Of a stretch of DNA of 64,000 nucleotides, positions 54,466-64,000 are shown in pieces. The translations under genes and the position numbers were made by a program. The DNA is from the human T2T-CHM13v2.0 reference genome, Homo sapiens. The stretch lies in NCBI RefSeq assembly GCF_009914755.1, contig NC_060944.1. One strand, written 5' to 3'. How positions within the stretch are numbered: the stretch's first letter is position 1; each line of letters opens with the position of its first letter. The notes under the pieces were generated by a model. The model was not told the origin of the DNA and made no database searches. It saw only the letters and a program-made list of their open reading frames with translations.

Positions 54466-55759
54466 TGACTCATTCTTTAATGGAAAAAGAAAATACACAT
54501 GTTATTCCTAAATGTCAGCAGTCAACCTATCAATGATTGACATATCTTATTTTCTCAAATACAAGAAAACCAGTCCTTGGTATCGAAAAGGTGATGCTGT
54601 ATAGTACATACGGTATTATCTCATTTGTTTTTTCAAATGAAAATAATTTTTAGTGAATGATTAAAATTTACTAAATCTCTCTATAGCCATGTCTAGGGAT
54701 CTGACTTGTTCCATATGTAAGTACGTGCCCCATATATTGACACAATTTTAGAAATGGCTGTCAGCTGTTATCTCTGGGAGAAAGGATTAGTAGAGACTCA
54801 TTATAACTTTTATATTACCATATTGTTTGAGGAATACATAATCACGTTGATCAGATACACATCTCAGTTTACAAACTCAAGTGTGAAAGAAATCTTTTCT
54901 CAGAGTGTGTCTTATTTCTGCAAGGGGACAGACCTAGTGTTGAAGTGGCATTTTCAGGATGAGACAACAATCTAGATTTTTGTATTTCCTTTCTTTTGCC
55001 TTGGGGTATGCAGACACCCTGTTCCCATCTGGCCTTTATACACTGATGTATGAAGCCATGCTGCATTATCCTCTTCCTGTCTGTGAAGCCCTTCACCCCC
55101 CTTCACTGGCTGTCCTTAAACCAAGTTATTCCTGCTCCCGGGGGAAAGCATTCTCCATCTCCTCCTCTGCTGTGGTTGGCAAAGAAAACTATGAAGCCAA
55201 ACTGCTCAGATATACTGTAATGATTTACAACAAACGAGAGAAAGTCAGATGGTAAGAAGGGCTGGGAAGGATTTTAAAACTGGCTATTGTAATGGTTGGG
55301 AAGCCACTTTATAGTAGATAGTCAAGGATGGCTTCTTGGAAGTCCTGCTATTTGTACTAGTAGTGTCCATTGCTGTCTCCATTAAAAAATGATGAATTTA
55401 ATCATGTGTGATGATGGTAGAACATGATCAAATTCATTGAAGAGCTGGTAATTTGGCTTGAAAGGGGTGCAAAATAGAACAACAACTAGCGTCCAGGCGC
55501 AGGTATCCATCAGCCATCACATCTGGGCCTGGCCTCCTAGGAGAAATTAGTTCCATTATTTGTTTTCTCCATCTGTGTTAGACCCCATTCAAGGCTCAAC
55601 ATTCATAGATATAGAGTTTGAGAGCCCAAACTTAAGTCATCGCCCCCCACCCCACCCCGACTTGGCTATGAAAGATCAAGAATTTTTCTTGCCAGTTTCA
55701 CCTATAATTTTCCAAAAACAAGTTGCACTATAAGTTACCCCATCAAAAAGTGGGGAATG

Positions 55760-56114
<355 letters not shown>

Positions 56115-56869
56115 TTAAGGCATGTTAAAGGCATTGCACTATTTTACCTGCTAAACAATCCGTTGGTTTGAAACATGGGTTCCTCTTCTTTTTTTCAGTG
56201 GTGTGCCAGGTAAAGGAAAGCGTCCAGGGGAATGTAGTTAGGGAGGAATTGCAGTCGGAGAGGATTTGCCTCACATCATGAGCTTCAGCGCTGTGATTTA
56301 CATTAATATTAAATGTTAGCTTGTGTGTTGCATACCCTGAGGCTTTTTACTCCACCTGGGGGTGGAAATTTGCATTATTATGCATTTCTGACTCTAGATA
56401 TAGTGGGGATTTTATTTTTGTCTCTAAGAACAAGCTAAAATCAAATCTTGTTTAAATAGGGACAGACTATGCTGCTTAGGAAAAGCACAGAGAGAAGATA
56501 GGGCAATGAAAACTTGGCAATGAGGCAGATATCAACATTTATACATTATTGTCTATTCATTTTTTCTCAGTCTTGTAAGAATTAAATCTTAAGCCGGTGC
56601 TTCACATTTCTTCTCCTTGCCTTATGAAATAAAGTTAACAAAATCTGTGTATAACAAGTTTTCTCACAACAAAACCCATTCCATAACAAGTACATTGAGT
56701 AAATATCTATGTAGGAAACCGTATGTTAGGCAGTGTCATCATGTCCTACCAAAGACCAACACCCATGTAGTAATTGAATTATTCCTTAAAGCCACATCGT
56801 CACCAGATTCTCTGGTATTTGTGTTTTATGTGTTTGTGAAATGGGTATTTTGATGCCTTGCCTTACTCC

Positions 56870-57230
<361 letters not shown>

Positions 57231-57618
57231 TAGAAGAATTTAAGCTTGAAAAATCAAGCAGAGATTTGGCTCAGGTTAGGTTTTGTTTTGTTTTACAAAA
57301 CAATGGAGTCAGAGAAACTGAATATTCTCTCTCAGGGTAACTCCTACCAACAGAGGCAGTTGCCAGGACGATAGGGGCTATTTCTACACTGGCAAAGAAT
57401 ATTATGTAAAAGTGCCTTGGTTATTGTTGTTGTTTTCTACTACGAGGGCAACAATCACACGTAGTTACTTTTTCTTCTACAATGTGCATTGAGCTCATAT
57501 TATTTTAGAAACGTATTTTACTTTGCCTAATTCTAGAACCGGTTACTTACATGTCTGCCTCTCCCTTAACTCCTAACAATGAGGCAGATAGCATATTTTT
57601 GACATTTCTCGATCCCTG

Positions 57619-59351
57619 TGTTACAGGATTTTTGGGATGTCACTTTTCTGGCCAGAAACCTCTGTGGCCAGTGGCACCTCTGCCTGAGTTTTGCTTGGGC
57701 CCACTGGCCTCATTCCGCCCACTCAGCCTGGCAGGCTGTGCTCACCTTCACTACCGGTCTCAATCCCATGCCTGCCACGGGCGAGACAGGTGTGGAGTGG
57801 CAAGGGGTGTGTGAGCAAGTGTAGGGTCCAGCCACTGTGCACAGCCAGACATGCTGGCTGTTGCTGAGGGGTGGGCAGCTCCAGGTGCCAGCACAGGCAC
57901 CAGCTGTCTGCAAGGCTGCAGCTTCCCCTGCTGGCACCAGGGAATGCGGCAGCACCTGGAAGCTTGGGGACTCCAGGAACCACAAGGCCCCAAAGAGGGA
58001 GTCACAGCCCTGGCTTTGGGAGCTCTCAAGTCTGGGCTCCCTGATGGGCTGCCGCTCTTCTCTCCTTCTCTTCACCCACAATGTGGCAAGCAAGGGGCAT
58101 GTTTCAGCCCTGTTTGTGTTACAGCTCTTTTAGCCCCACCATTCGGGGGGTCCTGAGGAGTTTTGTCCTGCAACCAGGAAGAATGAGGTATGTAGACAAG
58201 TGGAGGGTGAGCAAGACGTAAAGGAGTTTTACTGAGTGATAGAACAGCTCAGAGAAGACCCACAGGGAGTAGCTCCTTTCCAAAGCTAGGGTGTCCCAAC
58301 AAGTGTTCAGCTCCTAGCAGAGAGGGTAGCTCCTCTCTGTAGCTGGTCACCCTGACATCTGCTCAGTTCTCTGGCTGAGCCCAGGGCTTTTATGGCCTCA
58401 GAGGGGAGAAAGTGAACACCAATTGGTTCATGGCTGGCCAAGGGCAGGATTGGCAAAGGCACCACAATTTCCCACTCCAGGCTGTGGGACTGGCAGCTTG
58501 GCCCCCAGGCTTCAGGCCCTCCCTAGCTCATTGGTGCCCAAAGTCCAGATGGGGCCAAGGTGGCAGGGACTTGTCAGCACTGCTCGGAGCATGTACATAT
58601 TGGGCCAGGCTGCAACTGTGCCCAGGCTTAGCCCTGACTTTGCTCCAAGACTAGGGCAGATGCCATCAGCAGGGAGAAGCCCTGCAGTGGGAGAGGGCAC
58701 TTCCTAGCTCATTGGTGCCCAAAGTCCAGAGGAGGCCAAGGTGGCAGGGGCTGGTTTATCAGCACTGCCCCAAGCTTGTGCATACCTGGCCCCAAGACTA
58801 GAGCAGGTGCCAACAGCAGGGAGAAGCCCTGCAGTGGGAGAGGGCACTTCTAAGCCTGTGAGGGCAGAGAGGGCCTTTACAGGCCCCCAAAATTACAGAG
58901 ATGGCTGGTCTGCAGCAGCAGTTTGGATGGCTGCAGGTGTACCTGGGGGGAGGGTTGTGGGTGGGGTTCCTGCCTACTCCATGGAGCAGGGGGCTCAGAT
59001 CTGCAGCCACTACTTGGGCTGCTGTGGCTGCACCTGGGGAGCTCCTACCCCAATATGGAAGGGGCAGGTGTCCCATTTGTCCCTGATTCCCTCCTGCTCT
59101 GTAGAGTATGCAGTCCTGGCTGTGCCTCCTCCAAGCCTGGGGCAGGGACTCCAGGTCCTTGCTGGGCTCCTTTCTGCCTGCCCCTCATGCCCGACCACAC
59201 TGCTCCACTGTTAGTGGCCCCCAAGGCAATGGACTGGGCTTGTTGGGGGCTCCCACCAGCTCTGTGTAGTACAGCACCACCCCTGGCTCAGGTCCACCTC
59301 CTCCTCGTGCCTTCCCTGCAGTGGCCAGTGTGACGGCAGCAGCCACTCCAG
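57619..59351 (-). mobile_element. MER52-family (ERV1) long LTR inserted in an L2 tail
   Basis: Starts tgttacaggatttttgggatgtcacttttctggccagaaacctc (antisense MER52 3' end); GC-rich ~1.7 kb; L2 tail fragments on both sides. Confidence 0.8.
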
Positions 59352-61229
59352 GGAGTAATTAAGATATTATTTGGAATAGATGAATGAATGGATAAGGAAT
59401 AAAAGAATCTGGGGGTAGGTGAGGAATATAATCTGTAAAAGTGAAATTAGCATTGCTATAATATAATGGATATTTCACCATTGTAATTTAGGAATGGAAA
59501 AATTAGATCAATTACTTCCTTTATAACTGCTAAAAATAAACTTGGGAAATCCTGAAAGAGCTGTAATCTTAGACTGTAAAACTCTTAGTTTTTACAGGTT
59601 AATAGTTGTTCACCCTCATCACTAAAAAAAAATGCACATATATGTAATAATATATTTTTAATCTTATGATGATTCTTACTCTTATTAGTACATTAGTTCA
59701 GTCACTTCAAAGACTAAGGTCTAATGTTGCTCATGTATTTGCATCTGATTTTCACTAAAGTTATAAAGGGGAAACAAGAAGTTGTATCCTCAAACTTGGA
59801 GGTTGAGATTAGACAATATAATTCAGATATAGAAGTAAACAAGGTTTTATTTTTCAGAATATACCTCATCCCTCAAATGTATAAATAAAAAATCACAATA
59901 AAAAGAATAGTGTCATAGAGAAATTAAAAATCCTCTTTAAGCTTAGAATAACTTAAGCTTAGAATAACCAAGATTCCATTCATAATGAACATGTCCAAAA
60001 TTGCCAGTGGAGACAATCCTGAAGTTCAAGGCAACTGCAACTTGAAGTTACAGCTGAAACTAGAATGCATTCTGTTATGGTGCTTTTTGCTCCCTCTCAG
60101 AAGATTTTCTAAGGTGACACTCAGAAAGCAAATGGCACTTTGACACTGTTAAGCAGTAGCAGAGCTAATATTTATTGTTTGAAAGCGGCATCAATGTCAC
60201 TCACTTTGATTGGGCTGTTTAAGGCCACTGTCATTTGGACTTGGATTGGCCACTGAATCACCCCTTTGTTATTGACTTGTGTATTGTTATGGAACTGATA
60301 AAAATGTTTGGGTTGGTTACAAGTTCCAAGGAACTTCAAACAGCCCTACAGCACAATTCTATGTGCAATTGGGAATCATTCATTTTCCAGATGTCAGAGT
60401 TTGAAAGACTTCTCTGTATAGAATTGAAAATCGTTTGTGCCTGAGGACCTGGGATATTTTTCTATTCCACGCTGCCATTTAAAACATTTAATGACTTTTA
60501 AAAGAAAAAAATGTAATGCATTCATCACTTTGGGAAAAAATGAAAAGGAAACATTTTGACATATCTTGAGAGCATCACAAATGATGTGGGGTCTTGATGA
60601 AGGGCCCTCCAGTTTCTGTTTGTTTGTTGCCTGTTTTCCACATTGAGATACAGAAGACAAGGACACTCATGTAGCTGGTGTCATCCTCGCCTTCTTTGCA
60701 TGCCTTTCCATCCATAAAATTCAACAAATATCAGTCTAGCAGCGCTTTATTAAACACTGCCTACCTATAGAGCTGAAACCAACATTTACGTTAATCTTTA
60801 TCCACCTTACTAGGACTTTTTTATTAATGCACCCCTAAGCCAGAGGGAGTAACTGCAAAAAAGAATTGACATGTGATATTCCAGGCTTGATGGACGTGTC
60901 CTAGAAAATGTCTTAGGGAAGACATCGTAGGGAACCAGGAGATGCCTTTATGTTCCTTGTTAATTACCATGTACAAAATGTGAAAACAGTTTCCTGTATA
61001 ATTCCTAGTGACCACGAGGTTGCATTTCTCTATATAGACACAGATGTACTAATGCTTGTAGTCCTGGTCACAATCATGCTCAGAGATGTATTTATAGTTT
61101 GTAGATGTCTCCCTATTGAGAGCCAGAAAAGAAATTAGCTCTTACCATATGTCACATACTGTGCTGGCTTGCAACCCAAGATCATGTTCCTTATATAGGA
61201 AAGAAATGTGATTGCAAACAGGACCATGT

Positions 61230-62425
61230 GATGTTCTTCATCATTTCTTTACCAACAGGTGTTTTCAACACACCCTCCGAGAGAGTGGTTAAAGTAGAAT
61301 TTCACTCTGTAGATGCCCCCAATTTCCTTGGAACTCATTCTCTTTGTTTCTGTAGTGCCTCTAACCCTGTTTTTCCTCCTTCAGTGGCCAGTGATCCTCG
61401 TGTGACACCTTATCTCCCTCACCTCTAATGCTAGTGGACTCCAGCACTAAGTACACAAACCCATTGTCTACATTCAATTCCAATGTGGTCTCATCAAATC
61501 TCAGAGCCTTAAATCTAATCTTTGTCTTTACCAAATTATATTTCTTGCCCAATACTTATTTCCTTAGAGTAAAAATTTATATCCAATAGCCTACTCAAAA
61601 TCTCCACTGGCATGTGTGGTAGGAATCTCAAATTTAATATGTATAAGTTAAACCCTTGGTCTTCCTCCCCATATTCTCCTGCTGACTTCTTATCTCAGTG
61701 ACAACTCAATGGTTCCAGTTGCTTCAGCAAAGAAAAGTTTCTTTTTATGTCCCATGACCAATCCTGTCAGTTCTACCTTGCTGTTATACCCATACTCCAG
61801 CCACTCCTTATCACCTCCACTGACAGCCAAAACCAGCACAACCACTTCCTAAAAGGAGTGAAAGACCCTCTACCAACTGGTTCTGCTCCTGCTCCCTCCC
61901 ACACACAAAGGAAAACACAGGGATCCTTTAAAAAAAAATGCAAATACAATGAATTTACTACTCTACTCAAAACCACCCAATGGGAAAAAGCAACGTATTA
62001 CCAAGACGTACAAAGCCCTGCCTCATCTAGACCCAGCTCCCCACACCCCCACCCTACCTCATTTCCTACCCATTCTTCTTTCTTATTGACTCCCCTCCAG
62101 CCACATTTTCTTCTTAGAATGCTCTTTTCCCTCCTGTGTGTGGCTGGACTCCCTGGTTTCCTTCAGGTCTTAGCCCAAGACACTGGCTCAGTGAGAATTT
62201 CTTTTTTCATCATCTTCAAAATAGCAGTCTTCATCCTAGAAACAACTTATCTCCCTTCACTGCTTTGTTTCTCTTCTTCACACCTACTACCACACTCTAG
62301 ATTGATAAATAGATAAGATATAGACATACAATGGGAGCAACATGAAAGACAGGATTTTGTTTTACCTATGACTACATTCTCAGCACCAGAACAGTACCAG
62401 ATATGCAGCAAGTGCTAAATACTTA
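61230..62425 (+). mobile_element. L2 LINE 3' region
   Basis: 'tatatccaatagcctactcaaaatctccactggcatgt...ctcaaatttaatatg...tcctgtcagttctacctt...caggattttg...cagcaccagaacagtacc...agtgctaaata'. Confidence 0.75.
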
Positions 62426-62989
62426 ACTGCGACATCAACAGATAACTGAAAGCACACATATTGCTTACCCTTAAGTCCTTCAGCCTCAGACATCTCTGGC
62501 TTCCCATTGTGTTGCTATTTAAGTTTCAACACTCATAGCTAAATGAATGTTGAAGGAGAATTTCATAGGATGGAGTGCCTCATCATTCCGTGGGCACATG
62601 GGAAACAAACAGACGGAAAAAGAGGCACTGTGATGAAAGAATTGGTATTGATGTAATTCATTCTCTGACTGCATACCACACAGACACTTTTATAGGGGCA
62701 AAACACTCATTTATATCTTAAGGATCTTGTGCGAATGGACTGGACATTCAAGGTGAGTGGTGCCTGAGGGTATGTATTAGAAACACAAACAACATACGGA
62801 AATATTCTATGTATGTGCACGTGTGAGGTATACATGCTTCTTCTCCTTTATAAAAGAGAAAAATCCAAGCTGCTTCTGAAATCTGGAGAAGGGGCAGAAT
62901 GTCGAGTACATGCATCTTTACATAAATACCCTGAGTGAATTTCCCCTTTGGGTATATGACATCCTTGAGTCAGATCCTTCTGTCAGAGA

Positions 62990-63210
62990 ATGGAAACAAC
63001 CATTTCCAGATTTAGAAATAAATAAATAGTAGAGAATAGCAGTTAAGGTCCAAATTAATCCTGTCTCTGCCGCTTTGTGACTTATCCATCCATATGTAGG
63101 AACAATTACAGGTTGTACCTCACGAGTTTAGTGGAAGATAAATGAACTAACTCATTTTCAAGTAAAATACTTGAAAATGTATTGGGCAAATAGTAAGCTT
63201 AGGATTAATA
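62990..63210 (+). mobile_element. MIR SINE
   Basis: 'aatcctgtctctgcc...tgtgact...gaagataaatgaactaa...gcaaatagtaagc'. Confidence 0.55.
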
Positions 63211-63875
63211 TTCTCTTTTTAAATTCAGGACTATGAACAATGATCTCAATGATCTCTATGTAAGAAAGTTCTCGTTCATTTTAGATATTACTTGTATTTA
63301 TTTAACAAAATGCCCAAATACTAAAGATGCAGAAGTGAATTCTATAATGCCTTCCCCTAGGAGTGCAAATTCTTTTAATAGAGAAAAGGACAAGTAATTA
63401 TAAATATATACAGCAAAAATTATTGCAGCATTGAAGTCAGATAGGTTAGTTTTAGAATTTGACGTAACATAATCACAATGGAATAGTACCTGCTATCCCC
63501 ACTTTATTCGTTTACATAAATAAAAAGTTTAGTTAAAAATTAAATGATCAAAATAAATATAGGAGACAACACATATTTTAAAGATGACTTAGGAACAGAA
63601 ACAGTAGATAGTTCAAGAAAGATGCATCTAAGCCTACACTGTAAATGAAATGTCAAAGTTAAGAATGAAATGTGACATTGACAAATTAATTTTTAAATGA
63701 GTAAGAAAAGCAATACTTTGAACGAAATTGTGTTTGAGAAAAGATGTCATCATTAGAGTTTTATAGTCATATTTACTTCTCAGCTCATGTAGAAATTAAA
63801 GGATAACAGATTGTAGATCTATAAGCTAAGATCGGAAAATGGAAAGAAGAAATAATTAGTATCCAAAATGAGGTG

Positions 63876-64000
63876 TTTTTTTTTAAGATGGAGTCTCCCT
63901 CTCTCACCAGGCTGGAGTGCAGTGCTTAGCTCACTGCAACCTCTGCCTCCTGGGTTCAAGCGAGTCTCCTGCCTCAGCCTCCCAAGTAGCTGGGATTACA
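63876..64000 (-). mobile_element. Alu (AluS-like), cut by window edge
   Basis: tttttttaagatggagtctc...gggttcaagcgagtctcctgcctcagcctcccaagtagctgggattaca. Confidence 0.9.

Noticed and set aside
57551-59333. Dense overlapping ORFs in a GC-rich region, resembling a gene or CpG island
   Set aside because: They lie in a MER52-like LTR, which is CpG-depleted and encodes no recognisable protein.
61747-62316. 189-aa ORF
   Set aside because: It lies within a decayed L2 3' region, is compositionally biased and has no recognisable domain.

Overview
AT-rich primate (human/great-ape-like) non-coding DNA, intergenic or deep intronic. I found no recognisable protein-coding exon, RNA gene or CpG island. Much of the window is interspersed repeat: eight complete Alus plus one cut at the window edge, several L1 fragments (two with 5' twin-priming inversions), L2/MIR relics, solo LTRs (LTR1, LTR10, MER21, MER52, LTR33, LTR41, MST/MLT) and hAT/Tigger DNA-transposon relics, plus long AT-rich tandem tracts. 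The long ORFs in the track come from L1 ORF2, Alus, LTRs or low-complexity repeats. Repeat subfamily names are from recalled consensus similarity, not a search. The items most worth checking are (i) a ~200-bp diverged, out-of-order duplication (16428-16630 vs 17723-17927) with 0 vs 7 CpGs, (ii) a CpG-enriched MIR-like segment carrying octamer + TATA-like box + strong Kozak ATG + 82-codon ORF + double stop (24144-24542), (iii) short locally templated insertions, and (iv) a 1.5-kb palindromic AT-rich tract in place of an Alu tail. I cannot establish a new biological system from sequence alone; these are candidates.
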